Below, in pieces: positions 40,735 to 50,757 of a stretch of DNA of 64,000 nt. Numbering within the stretch: the stretch's first letter is position 1; every line of letters begins with the position of its first letter. Under the pieces are notes generated by a model. That model had not been told where the DNA came from. It did no database searches and was given only the letters and a program-made list of their open reading frames with translations. The position numbers were made by a program, and so were the translations under genes. This DNA comes from Patescibacteria group bacterium (GTDB taxonomy: Bacteria > Patescibacteriota > Microgenomatia > Daviesbacterales > UBA10151): assembly GCA_943356485.1 (NCBI GenBank), contig CALRFD010000002.1, forward strand, positions 37,032 to 101,031, in the 5' to 3' direction.

Positions 40735-41348
40735 TGTATATTTATCTTCACTCCTGAAACTTTCTCCAGTATATCTTTGCTGTTTCCAACCTCAACCATA
40801 TTTGTGTCATTTGTTAAGCCCGGGCTAAAATCTAACGACACATCAGTAATACCGCTTAGTTTCGCTTTAAAATTAATAGTACCAAAATTACCATTGCCAA
40901 TAAACCCCGGTTTACTAATCCCAACAATACCCGATACTCGTAAAACTCCTTTATCAGAATTAATATTTAGGGCAGGATAATCATCATAGACATCACCCTT
41001 TATAAAACCTGACGCAGAGGCTTCAAGTTTAGTTGGATCATACTTAATTACCAAATCCACTCCCTGGGTAGGATGCCCTCCGGTTGAAATCCTAACAGTT
41101 ACAGGCACTAAATCTCCAACATGGTAAATTTTATTTGCGCTCCCAAGCATGATCTCTCCTGCTGAAGAAGTAGTCTGTTGAGCTTGTTTTGAAGTGCTAA
41201 CCGGGGTCAAGAGAGTTTTTAAGCCAATTATTAATTCGACTAAAATAACTAGAGCTAATATAACAAAAATTATCCGCAAAATTGGCAACCCTTTTTTAGG
41301 ATTATTTTGAAAATCTTGCGCATGGTATGTGAGTGTTTGATTATCCAT
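40731..41348 (-). CDS. Membrane-anchored cohesin-like domain protein, 205 aa
   Basis: N-terminal TM segment plus a domain paralogous to the downstream gene. 4-nt overlap with its neighbour. Confidence 0.55.
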   Translation of the reverse strand: MDNQTLTYHAQDFQNNPKKGLPILRIIFVILALVILVELIIGLKTLLTPVSTSKQAQQTTSSAGEIMLGSANKIYHVGDLVPVTVRISTGGHPTQGVDLVIKYDPTKLEASASGFIKGDVYDDYPALNINSDKGVLRVSGIVGISKPGFIGNGNFGTINFKAKLSGITDVSLDFSPGLTNDTNMVEVGNSKDILEKVSGVKINIQ

Positions 41349-41350
41349 AT

Positions 41351-43579
41351 TTAAGGCTCCACTTGATTACTATTATTAAACTCAGGCAACATACAAGACC
41401 ACTCAAAGGAGTTACAAACTCCATCCCGGTTAACGTCACAATTCTTTCCTGCGTTTACCGGTCCCCATTGTGAACGCAGTAAACTACCATCTACATTATT
41501 TATAGTACCATCTCCATTATAGTCTCCGATAGGGAGATTTATACTTAAGTTATTGGTACCTGAAGAAGCTATAAACGGGGCTGAACACTTCCTTAAGCTA
41601 AGCGGCGCTTTAATACAGGCAATATAGTTCTCACCACTTTTTAGTTTAGTTTTAATATTAGTTATATTCCCGTCTCTGTCGATCGTGACCTTTTCTCTGG
41701 ATTTTTGAGTATGATCCTTGTCTAAAACTAAAGTCAGATCCACATTATCCTGATCAAAATTTCTTTGCGCCCTGCAAAATAATTTTGCCCCAAAAGATAG
41801 CTGTGTTATGCCAACTAAGCATTGCTGCTCCAGAGATTTTTGACCATCCTTAGTAGTTAAAGTAGCAAAATATTGTGTACCTATTGTGGTTGCAGATACC
41901 GGAGGAGAACTTAAACGAGCAGTCACTGCATTATTAGACCAATTTTCCGGAACAGGATTACCGCCACCATTTCTAAGTGTAACTGTTCCGGCAGTTGAAC
42001 CAAAATTATTCCCAATAAATTTAAATAATAAATCAGATGAGTTAGTCAAATCTATCTCACAGGCAAAACCGGAAACCACCGGTATCGGCCCAACTAAATC
42101 TATCTGGAATGGATAAGGATTTCCGTTTATTGTTTGTCCTTTATCATCAACAAATTGCACATAAATAAATTTTGTACCTATAGTCTGATTTACAAAGGTA
42201 ATATCCTGCCTAACCCCACCTTTCTGATAAGCAATTTCATGCCTGGCGTTTGGATTAGTTAAATCAGAAGCATTTTCTGCGTACCAAACTTTTATTATAT
42301 TTTGAGTTGTAGACTGAGTTGGAGTAGGGGTAGGAGTTACAACGCCTTGAGTAAAATTTACATCATAGGTTGATAAAATCCTGGTATTATTTTTATCAAA
42401 AACTGCAAAAGTGTGCAAGCCAGCCGGAACATTTACTGACTGGGTTGAAGACCAGCTAACTGAACCATTACCAGTCCCATTTCCAATAAGAGTCCATCCT
42501 TCACTTAGATTACATGAACTGGGCGTACAGGTTCCAGAACTATAGTAAAAAACATTCCAGTCAGTACCGGAATCTGCCCTGACAGTTAAAGTCAAATTTG
42601 GCCATAGGTTATTAACCTTAATTGCCGGATTTGGTGAAACAGACAAGGATACAGCCGGAGCTGCAACAGGAGGAGTAGGAGTAGGGGTTACCACACCTCC
42701 TCCAACACTGCAGGTTGCACAGGTACCATTACTGCACCAGCCCTTATTACATTCATCACAGGATCCAGCTCCACCGCTACCACAGGCAGATCCACAGACC
42801 TTGCCTATAGAACAGGTTGCACTGCCTCCATTATTTGGAGTTGGTGCAGGAGTAGAGCTGGCGGCAGGACGTGAGCCTATATACTCAAGCTGCATACATC
42901 TGGGAAGGAGCGTCTGACCTTCTGACACAAACCCACCATAACACCAGTTACTGGTTACAGGATTAACAAAGGGATCAGTACTAACAGGACAATCGCTGTT
43001 AGTTTTACAAAAATGGCTACAATCAGCATGCCAGAGATAATTAGCAGGTGGAGTCTCCGGATTATCCCGACAAGTATCTGGAGGTGAGACATGAGAACCG
43101 GTATATTGAAGCTGCATACATCTGTTTCCAGAATCAAACTCATAACACCAATTACTGGAGATTGGATTAACATTATTTGGATCCGTACTATTGGCCGGAC
43201 AATCGCCGTGAGTATTGCAGGTTTTGCTACAATCCGCTTTCCAAATATAACTCGCATTTGGCAAAGGAGCATCAGGAGGATTATCAGAACAATCCGTTGC
43301 ATAGGCTGTTTTAACCAAACCCTGAACTAAAATACCGGTTTCTGTAGGGGAAACAAAGTTTAGGGTCACTGTTGGACAAGTCAAAACTTTTTTACCATTT
43401 TGATCTATTGTACAGTTATTATTTATCAGTTGAACGCTGTCTGTCGCTGCTTTAGAAAATAAAATCTGCTGTCTTCTGGCTAAATTTATGGTTAAAGGAA
43501 TAGCCAAGACTAAAATAGCCAGGATTAGAAGATTTATTGTGTTTTTTTTACTAAAAAGCTCTTTAAGATAATCCTGCAT
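41351..43579 (-). CDS. Large Cys-rich secreted protein, paralog A (742 aa), with a dockerin-like C-terminus
   Basis: Signal anchor, then KAATDSVQLINNNCTIDQNGKKVLTC...VKTAYA, duplicated WCYEF...RCMQLQY / WCYGG...RCMQLEY modules, and a C-terminal DYNGDGTINNVDGSLL ... DVNRDGVCNSFEW that looks like a Ca-binding dockerin repeat. Confidence 0.6.
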   Translation of the reverse strand: MQDYLKELFSKKNTINLLILAILVLAIPLTINLARRQQILFSKAATDSVQLINNNCTIDQNGKKVLTCPTVTLNFVSPTETGILVQGLVKTAYATDCSDNPPDAPLPNASYIWKADCSKTCNTHGDCPANSTDPNNVNPISSNWCYEFDSGNRCMQLQYTGSHVSPPDTCRDNPETPPANYLWHADCSHFCKTNSDCPVSTDPFVNPVTSNWCYGGFVSEGQTLLPRCMQLEYIGSRPAASSTPAPTPNNGGSATCSIGKVCGSACGSGGAGSCDECNKGWCSNGTCATCSVGGGVVTPTPTPPVAAPAVSLSVSPNPAIKVNNLWPNLTLTVRADSGTDWNVFYYSSGTCTPSSCNLSEGWTLIGNGTGNGSVSWSSTQSVNVPAGLHTFAVFDKNNTRILSTYDVNFTQGVVTPTPTPTQSTTQNIIKVWYAENASDLTNPNARHEIAYQKGGVRQDITFVNQTIGTKFIYVQFVDDKGQTINGNPYPFQIDLVGPIPVVSGFACEIDLTNSSDLLFKFIGNNFGSTAGTVTLRNGGGNPVPENWSNNAVTARLSSPPVSATTIGTQYFATLTTKDGQKSLEQQCLVGITQLSFGAKLFCRAQRNFDQDNVDLTLVLDKDHTQKSREKVTIDRDGNITNIKTKLKSGENYIACIKAPLSLRKCSAPFIASSGTNNLSINLPIGDYNGDGTINNVDGSLLRSQWGPVNAGKNCDVNRDGVCNSFEWSCMLPEFNNSNQVEP

Positions 43580-43688
43580 ACAAGATGTATCGCCTAATAT
43601 TTTGAGGTGATATATTTACATTGACACTTTTTAAGGCTATTTGTCAATCACGTTTATATAAACCGAACACGATCAACTACATTAAGTC

Positions 43689-45524
43689 TCAAAAACTACA
43701 TGCATCTTTAAATAAATCCTTTATGTCTGAAGCAAAGCTAGCCAGCCTGTCACAACTAAAGTTAGATAAAAAAGCTGTTCGATTTCCGGTTGCATCTGCC
43801 ATATCCAAAAGATCCTGGTTACTAAAAGATCCTAGTCTAGAAGAGGGAAGTGTGGCCAATCTGCTTTTAGGAAACAGGTTCAAAAGATCACCGTTGCTAA
43901 ACGAGATGATCGCTTCATTAGGCAACATATCGCGGAGATTAGAGGGCAAACCCAACAATACCTGATTACTGCAATTTGGCCAGGTCGAGATATCAACTGA
44001 GACATTACAACTGGGAGGAACTGGAGTAGGAGCGGGGGGCGCTGCAGTTGGCCCAGGGGTAACAACAGGAGGGGTCGAACCTGCATTTTGTTGAACAGTT
44101 ATATTTGTAGCACATTTATTGTCTACCGCCCCTCCTACATTCCCGTCCAACAAATCCCCATTAGCTGCATGTAAGGTTATGAATAATGCATGAGAACCAC
44201 CAACCATATCTGAGGGGATAACAAATGGAATACTGGCAGAAGGCGAAGTATTCTCCTTAACTTGAGTCCAGGATGAAACAGATGGAGCAGATTTACCTAT
44301 TTCGCTATTTGATGCCATCCAAACTTTTATCGACCCCGGAGTACCGGTGTAACTGATAGAAATTGAAGCACTATCACCAGGTCTTCCGTTATTTCCTGAA
44401 TACAAACTGACACTGCCGCATTTAACAGCCTGAGCAGTTGTATTTGTTGAACCAGCTCCGGCAGAAGACAATGGGGCAGCAGAAGCAACCGGTGCTGAAG
44501 CAACCAGATCTATTTGAGCAGGATATGGAATAGCTTGGATTTCATTACCTAAGTTATCTTTAAATAGCACAAATAAATATCTTGGACTGGGAGCAGCAGG
44601 CGCATCACTAAAATTAAAATCGCTAACAGTTACACCGCCCTGGGTATAATCCAGCCAGTCTGCTCTTTGCAAAGCTGTCGGGTTTTCTCCATATTTATAT
44701 TTAACAGTCACTCTTAGTGCTGCTGTTGGTGTTGGAGTAGGGGTAGGTGTTGGAGTAGGCGTAGAAGTTGGTGCTGCTGTTGGTGTTGGAGTAGGGGTAG
44801 GTGTTGGAGTAGGCGTAGGGGAAGCAGTCAGGGTTGATACTCTTAAAGGAGTTCCTGCAGGAGCAGAGGTTGGATTTGCACCAGCGCCATTTGATCCTCT
44901 TGGAAGTGTTGGTTGCGGGTCTAAATTTCTTATTGGAGTATTTGTAGACCCTCCTTGCCCTTCTAAAATAGGTGGCGGTTGAAAACTACCTGTAGCTTGT
45001 GGCGATACTTCATTTGAAACTACACATTTGGCTCCGCTATCAAACACTCCTTGACTGATAGCCTCACACTTTTGTCCGCTATCACATTTCTCGCTGGCTT
45101 CTACTAAATGATTGTTCCACCAGGGGAATATACAAAGATTTAAAGGCAAGTCACATATTTTACGATAAATCTTCTCCGGATCATCAGCAGGATTACAATA
45201 GTAATTTGCACCAGAACCAGCAGCATAGGCTGTTTTTACTATACTGAAATCTACTCCTTTATCTGAAACAGCAGTTGTATCCAAGGGTGAGACAAGCCGG
45301 AACGAAATCCCCTTAGTACAGCTTAAAACCTGCTTATTATCTTGTACCTTTACGCAGCTGCCATTTAAAAACTGTATATTAGTCGATGTTGCCTTTGGCT
45401 TAAAAATTTGGGTTTTACCAACCAGGAAAACTCCGGCGATAATACCTACCAGAAGAATTATAATCAAGGCCAGATGTGCAACACCTCTCTGGCTTTTAGA
45501 TTTAAAGAAGAACCTTGTTAACAT
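43689..45524 (-). CDS. Large secreted protein, paralog B (611 aa), with a Pro-Thr linker and degenerate dockerin-like C-terminal repeats
   Basis: N-terminus KPKATSTNIQFLNGSCVKVQDNKQVLSC...VKTAYA, the conserved block RYLFVLFKDNLGNEIQAIPYPAQIDLV, a (PT)n linker, and C-terminal SNGDLLNLF / SNQDLLDMADATGNRTAF. Confidence 0.6.
   Translation of the reverse strand: MLTRFFFKSKSQRGVAHLALIIILLVGIIAGVFLVGKTQIFKPKATSTNIQFLNGSCVKVQDNKQVLSCTKGISFRLVSPLDTTAVSDKGVDFSIVKTAYAAGSGANYYCNPADDPEKIYRKICDLPLNLCIFPWWNNHLVEASEKCDSGQKCEAISQGVFDSGAKCVVSNEVSPQATGSFQPPPILEGQGGSTNTPIRNLDPQPTLPRGSNGAGANPTSAPAGTPLRVSTLTASPTPTPTPTPTPTPTAAPTSTPTPTPTPTPTPTAALRVTVKYKYGENPTALQRADWLDYTQGGVTVSDFNFSDAPAAPSPRYLFVLFKDNLGNEIQAIPYPAQIDLVASAPVASAAPLSSAGAGSTNTTAQAVKCGSVSLYSGNNGRPGDSASISISYTGTPGSIKVWMASNSEIGKSAPSVSSWTQVKENTSPSASIPFVIPSDMVGGSHALFITLHAANGDLLDGNVGGAVDNKCATNITVQQNAGSTPPVVTPGPTAAPPAPTPVPPSCNVSVDISTWPNCSNQVLLGLPSNLRDMLPNEAIISFSNGDLLNLFPKSRLATLPSSRLGSFSNQDLLDMADATGNRTAFLSNFSCDRLASFASDIKDLFKDACSF
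44721..44818 (-). repeat. Tandem 44-bp exact direct repeat with 54-bp period, encoding the (PT)n linker
   Basis: tgctgttggtgttggagtaggggtaggtgttggagtaggcgtag occurs at 44721-44764 and again at 44775-44818. Confidence 0.9.
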
Positions 45525-45526
45525 TA

Positions 45527-48046
45527 TTACTGACTAGCCCCATCAGCATCTGCCGGATTACAGGCTGTACATGAATAATTATAATCACTGGCATTAGCTC
45601 CACTTATACATAAACTGTTTCTGGAATATGAACATTTAAATTTAGTAGCTGTTCCTTTACAGAGTTGATCCCCGGTTTGCGCTGCATCATCAATACAGTT
45701 ATCGTAAGTAGTAATTCCACAGGTATTTTTGGTACCAGCCTCACCCGGCTTGGCACAAGGAACCCTATTTTGTGCAGCAGCTATGTTGTTTGGACAGGAT
45801 GAACAAAAATAGTTGTATGTCGTATCGTTTGCGCTGCTTCTGCAGGAATCGTTTTTAGAAAAGTAACATCTGAATTTTGCAGTAGCATCGCTACAAAAAC
45901 TCGCCATATCATTTGTGGCTCCATTTTGATCAATACATTTATCATATGTTTTTACACCACATATTGTTCTAAGCTCCTCCGGCGTAACTGTATCTGTTGG
46001 ACAAGCCGGGCGGGAAGCACCTGATTGAGGGGCGGCAGTCGGAATCGCAGAAGAAAGCACCAGTTCTATTTGAATAGGGTAGGGGTTGGCATTAGTTATA
46101 TTTCCCTGATTATCCTGAAATTGGGCATAAATAAATTTCGTTCCAGGCCTTGCATCATTAAATACATAAGGAGCTACTATGTCACGGTAGTATCGTTGAA
46201 ATGGAACCGCAACAACCGTTACGTTATCCAGCGGTCTTTCTGAGAATCTAAACCCTGTTGTAACTCTAGCACCTGCAGGGGGAGTAGGGGTAGGACTAGC
46301 TGCATTACCCGCAGGAGAAGCTGAAGCTGCTGGCGCAGCGGAGGAAGCAGGGAGTTGTCCTCCAGGTGTACCTGGTGTTGGTGTAGGAGTAGACGTTGTA
46401 CTATTTCTCATTAACATCAAACATCTTGGTCTGGAAAAATTAGAACCAAAACCATAACACCAGTTGGTTTTATTGATAGCTCCATCCGGATTTTGCGGAG
46501 TTCGCTCATACATACCAGGGTCACCGGCAATGCTTGGATCTGTACTTACCGGACAGTCAGAATTCGTGCTACAGACTAAAGTACAATTTGGCTGCCATCT
46601 GCCTCCCTCCGGCGTGTTTCCTCTTCCTGGAGCCGGGGCTCTAAAGCTTAAACAATCAGCCGGAGCGCTACCATCATCAGCAACTACTGCCGGTGCTCTG
46701 CCACCCTGAGTACCGCCAGGAGGAGTCGTTCCTCCGGAAGGGGCAGAGGGAGCAGGAGTTGCAATAGCTGCTCCAGGATTAGCCCCGCCAGTCTGCTGTC
46801 CTGTAGGATTACCACCACCTGTCGTAAGAGGTTGACCTGTTTGACAGTTATATTCATGCACACCTTTGGAACCATCATATGTGCAGACCTTGTTTCTCCA
46901 GCTGCCTAAATAACATCTGGACCCAGGCTCACTATACAAACAGTCACCACCCTCAGGTTTATTTGCATCTTCTGCAGGAGCAGCTGGGGCTGCTTTATTA
47001 ACAGTAAAGCTAAAAGTTTCGCTTGTGCCTCCTTGAAGAATAAACCTATCTTTATCTAATGCTGTAACCCACCATCGATACGTTTTCCCTTCATCAAAAT
47101 CAGATAAATTTAAAGCATAGTAATTTGAATCTCCAGTATTATGCAAAATATTATTTCCTCCAACTCCATTATTAATAACTAAGTTGTAACTACTGGCACT
47201 CCCTACCTTTGACCAGTAAAAATGGATTTTCCTATCAGCATCATTCTGGGCTACACCATTTGGGAAAAGTAAAATCGGAGTATTACTTCCCTGTGGTGAA
47301 GCCGGAACTGGAGTTGATACTGGTGCGGGAGTTGATGCCGGTATTGATGGACTCATCTGTCCCGGAACACCACAGAAGAATCTACTTCCATCACTTCTGC
47401 ATTCTTTTCCAGCAGGACATTGTATTGATGGATCTTGAAGCCAGGGTACACTTTTATATATATTGTCTTTCGTTCCTCGACCAATAAGGCTACCACCTAG
47501 CCAGGAACCAGGCGCTGCCGCCCCGCAATACCAGTCACTTCCATCTATCACTGGTCCTCCGTCTGAATCTGCACAAAAAGCTCCATTATGACGATTAGCT
47601 GCAAAAAGAGCTATCCTACAAGTATAGCCACTGTCACAGGTAACTGTTGGCGAACCTGTATCGGGATCATAAATCTTTGAAGGGTCAGCACCGCAATAAC
47701 CACCAGTTTGAAATCCTGTAGCATAAGCAGTTTTAACTATTTGAAACCCGGCGTCAGTAGTTTGACCTGCATCCAGCGGAGAAATAAATTTCAGATTAAC
47801 AACTCCACAGGTTAAGACTTTTCTGCCATCCCGACTAGACAAACACTGTCCTGACTCAAAAGAAACATTTTCAGCAGTAGCTTTTGGTTTAAAAATTTGA
47901 AAACCATTTTTTGAAACCAGGTAAACACTCGCAATAATTCCTACCAGTAATATAAATAGGGGAACAAGGTGCAATACACCCGCTTCGCCCAAGCGATAGC
48001 GAGGCAAGCCTTTTTGATTCAAGCTAACTTTTTTAATTAAGGGCAT
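45527..48046 (-). CDS. Large Cys-rich secreted protein, paralog C (about 840 aa), with two C-terminal ~57-aa Cys-rich tandem modules
   Basis: The start is most likely the internal Met (MPLIKKVSLNQ...) at 48046. The ORF track extends to 48133, but that extension carries no paralogous sequence. N-terminus KPKATAENVSFESGQCLSSRDGRKVLTC...VKTAYA, the block KFIYAQFQDNQGNITNANPYPIQIELV, and CG[VI].TYD.CID...ATKF.C.[FY]S.N..C repeated twice at the C-terminus. Confidence 0.6.
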   Translation of the reverse strand: MPLIKKVSLNQKGLPRYRLGEAGVLHLVPLFILLVGIIASVYLVSKNGFQIFKPKATAENVSFESGQCLSSRDGRKVLTCGVVNLKFISPLDAGQTTDAGFQIVKTAYATGFQTGGYCGADPSKIYDPDTGSPTVTCDSGYTCRIALFAANRHNGAFCADSDGGPVIDGSDWYCGAAAPGSWLGGSLIGRGTKDNIYKSVPWLQDPSIQCPAGKECRSDGSRFFCGVPGQMSPSIPASTPAPVSTPVPASPQGSNTPILLFPNGVAQNDADRKIHFYWSKVGSASSYNLVINNGVGGNNILHNTGDSNYYALNLSDFDEGKTYRWWVTALDKDRFILQGGTSETFSFTVNKAAPAAPAEDANKPEGGDCLYSEPGSRCYLGSWRNKVCTYDGSKGVHEYNCQTGQPLTTGGGNPTGQQTGGANPGAAIATPAPSAPSGGTTPPGGTQGGRAPAVVADDGSAPADCLSFRAPAPGRGNTPEGGRWQPNCTLVCSTNSDCPVSTDPSIAGDPGMYERTPQNPDGAINKTNWCYGFGSNFSRPRCLMLMRNSTTSTPTPTPGTPGGQLPASSAAPAASASPAGNAASPTPTPPAGARVTTGFRFSERPLDNVTVVAVPFQRYYRDIVAPYVFNDARPGTKFIYAQFQDNQGNITNANPYPIQIELVLSSAIPTAAPQSGASRPACPTDTVTPEELRTICGVKTYDKCIDQNGATNDMASFCSDATAKFRCYFSKNDSCRSSANDTTYNYFCSSCPNNIAAAQNRVPCAKPGEAGTKNTCGITTYDNCIDDAAQTGDQLCKGTATKFKCSYSRNSLCISGANASDYNYSCTACNPADADGASQ

Positions 48047-49074
48047 GTGATTTAACTGAAACATAAAAGTAATCCGGTTGTCAAGTAAGAACGTGATTAT
48101 ATTGTGCGACAAGAGATTAGCAAGCCAGTACAAAAATACTCCTTAGAATCGCTGAATCAAAAGATTTAATGCAGGATCTAAAATAATATATTCAAACAAA
48201 AAAAACATAAATTATTTGTAACCGAAGAAAATAAAGACTTTTAATATATAAACGAACTGACTGTCTGAGTTTTATCTAGATAAATTATCTCTCCAGAATA
48301 ACGCTATCTACCATCTAAGCCTACTCAGGCACGAAGCCCTTAAACGCCCTAAAAACGGCTGATCAAGGGGATAGATGCCCAATTAGCTATCTTTAGTTTA
48401 GGGCTTTAGGATAACCCAAAGTCAAAGTTGATATATTTACGGAAATAGGAAATTTTAATCAAAAAATATTGATAGGAAAGGTAAAGAAATACGCATTATT
48501 AAATAAACTATAAATATTTATAGTTACACCAATAATTTATGTATATTCAAGATATGCGGTCTCCTCCGGCAAAACCCATTTCTGACGTCGCATAAGATAC
48601 ATTGTACGACATGATAATATAGGGAGGTTCTCTAGTAAAGAGTAATTGAGGCTATTTTAGACAAGAAATCAAGTAAATACAAGAAATAGATAAGTCGCTA
48701 CGCTCATAATATAGAGCCTAATTATGCGCACTTCTCCTTATATAGCTATGTTTCGGGTTTTTATACTAGCAATTACAGTCAGCAGGCGCCAGATTTAGCT
48801 TGATGAAGGAATCTAATCTGAGGGTATTAAGAGTAGCGGTGCTTGATGCTTTCAGCACAGAGTGGTATAGCTATTTCATAGCGGATAAAGAAGACAAGAG
48901 AACGAATAAGTCCCATAGTTTTCCACATTCATGCCTAACGACTATATCAAACTATATCATTTATTCTTTTCACGATTTTCTTTTTATTCTTTTCACAGCT
49001 ACCTATAGTATTCTAGTTGCCCCCTCTTCCCCACCTAACCCTTAAAAAATAATTTACCTTTAGATGTATCTAAT

Positions 49075-49857
49075 TTACCCTGTCCAGGAAGTTGTTAAAA
49101 ACCCGATTATCAAAACTAAGGTTCCAATAGTTAGATATTCCCATACTACTCTCCCGTTTACCCTGCTTTTTAGAACCTGCGTTGTTAAACCCAGTAAAAC
49201 ATACATTGAGGATGAAATAATTAGAGGCCAGATTGTATTTGGTATCGGCCAAAAGGAAAAGGCCAAAGCTAACTCCCCCAAAACAATGCTTATTATAAAA
49301 CTTTGTACAAAAATAGCTGCAGATACCTTATCCTCCATTTGTATTGACCAAAGAACCTGCAGGATAAGCGGATAGCTTATTAGAAAGACAGCTACCCCAT
49401 TCCAAAAAAATAGTAAATTAAAAGCATATATGACATTAAAGAGAAAAAAAGCTGACAGCAGGGTAAAAAGGAAACTTGCAGTTGAGGCTGCTCTGTACAA
49501 AGGAATGGTTCTTAGGCTGGCAACGTTAAAAACATTTTGCGCAAGCAGGAGTAAGTAAAACATCAGGCCAAAAACTGAAGCTATAGGTAAACGGGTCAGC
49601 CATCTGACTGGAAGTAGGAAATAAAAACTCGCCAGGGCAACAGTAAAAAAGGTTGGCAGAATCATCAAAACAACTGCTTTCGTCAAATTCAACCCCTCCC
49701 AAAGCGCCCATATAGATAAAATATATGTTGCAACAAATAAACCAGCTATAAATTTAAACCTTAAGTTAAAATCTACTAATTGAGTTGAGAGTAATCCTAT
49801 AGTTAATAATACTGCTGAGATAATAATCTTTTGTCTTTTATTTAAATTTAAATTCAT
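49075..49857 (-). CDS. Polytopic membrane protein, hypothetical
   Basis: About seven or eight TM helices. 4-nt overlap with yebC upstream. Confidence 0.5.
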   Translation of the reverse strand: MNLNLNKRQKIIISAVLLTIGLLSTQLVDFNLRFKFIAGLFVATYILSIWALWEGLNLTKAVVLMILPTFFTVALASFYFLLPVRWLTRLPIASVFGLMFYLLLLAQNVFNVASLRTIPLYRAASTASFLFTLLSAFFLFNVIYAFNLLFFWNGVAVFLISYPLILQVLWSIQMEDKVSAAIFVQSFIISIVLGELALAFSFWPIPNTIWPLIISSSMYVLLGLTTQVLKSRVNGRVVWEYLTIGTLVLIIGFLTTSWTG

Positions 49858-50633
49858 ACGGTTAGTAATTCGTCAGGTATATTAAAATTTGCGTAGACCT
49901 TTTGTACATCTTCCGATTCCTCTAACCTGGAGACGAAACCTAAAACTTTATCTGCATTTTCCTGAGTATCTACGTCAACCAAAATATTTGGTTTGTAGAT
50001 TAATTCCTGCTTCTCTATTTCAAATCCTGCCTGAGTAATTTTATTAGTGATAGTATTTAACTCCGCTACTTCTGTATATATTAAATATCTTTGCGTATCT
50101 TGAGCTTCAGTAAAATCCTGAGCAAGGTCAAAGGATTCAACATCCTTTGCCCCTAGATCTATAAACTCTAACATTTCTTGATCCAAACTCCCCCCTTTTC
50201 CTTTTACCTTAATTTGCCCACACCTCTCAAACATATAAGAAACAGCTCCAACTCCTGCCATTGATCCCCCACCTTTATCAAATATATTCTTGATCGCTGA
50301 AGTCGTCCTCATCTTATTATCTGTGACACCTTCAACTATTATGGCTATTTTCCCCGGTCCGAATCCTTCATAGAGCACTTCTTCCAAGGATTGCCCTTCG
50401 CCTTTCCCTAAACCCCGCTCAATTGCCCTCTGGATATTCTCTTTTGGCATGTTCACACTCCTTGCTTCATCTACCGCCATTCTCAACCTTGGATTTGAAT
50501 CCGGATCTCCTGAGAGTCCTAATTTAACTGCAATGGTTATAACATTAGCCAACTTAGTAAACGTCTGGCCTCTTTTAATATCTGTTACACCCTTAGCCCG
50601 CTTGATTGTTGACCATTTACTATGTCCTGACAT
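49854..50633 (-). CDS. yebC: YebC/PmpR-family transcriptional regulatory protein
   Basis: MSGHSKWSTIKRAKGVTDIKRGQTFTKL...NPRLRMAVDEARSVNMPKENIQRAI is the highly conserved YebC N-terminus. Confidence 0.85.
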   Translation of the reverse strand: MSGHSKWSTIKRAKGVTDIKRGQTFTKLANVITIAVKLGLSGDPDSNPRLRMAVDEARSVNMPKENIQRAIERGLGKGEGQSLEEVLYEGFGPGKIAIIVEGVTDNKMRTTSAIKNIFDKGGGSMAGVGAVSYMFERCGQIKVKGKGGSLDQEMLEFIDLGAKDVESFDLAQDFTEAQDTQRYLIYTEVAELNTITNKITQAGFEIEKQELIYKPNILVDVDTQENADKVLGFVSRLEESEDVQKVYANFNIPDELLTV

Positions 50634-50757
50634 AATTACGGTACAGTGTACAGGTTAGAGATAACAGTTTCAAGATCGTTAATTTATAAATTTTCTTTAC
50701 CAAATAAAATACTAAGCGTTGACAAAAAACAAAGCGTTCCTTATACTTTGACCCTTA

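Noticed and set aside
43621-43965. 114-aa plus-strand ORF overlapping the C-terminal coding region of surface paralog B
   Set aside because: It is antisense to a conserved dockerin-like coding segment, and its upstream part lies in the promoter region of paralog A. It is probably spurious.
44700-44830. Possible CRISPR-like repeat array
   Set aside because: There are only two copies, they are in-frame inside a CDS, and they encode a Pro-Thr linker. No spacer or repeat alternation or cas genes are present.
48047-48133. N-terminal 29-aa extension of surface paralog C (MYWLANLL...)
   Set aside because: Paralogs A and B begin with the short basic segment plus TM helix, which corresponds to the internal Met at 48046. 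The extension has no signal-peptide logic.
43689-48133. Locally elevated GC in the large surface-protein genes as evidence of horizontal transfer
   Set aside because: The GC rise is explained by the Pro/Gly/Ala/Thr-rich amino-acid composition, and the flanking codon usage looks native. Composition alone does not support HGT.
48800-49375. Small ORFs (81 and 103 aa) in the long non-coding region
   Set aside because: They have no SD, odd composition, and overlap the 3' end of the minus-strand membrane-protein gene. They are probably not genes. The region is instead flagged as an unexplained spacer.
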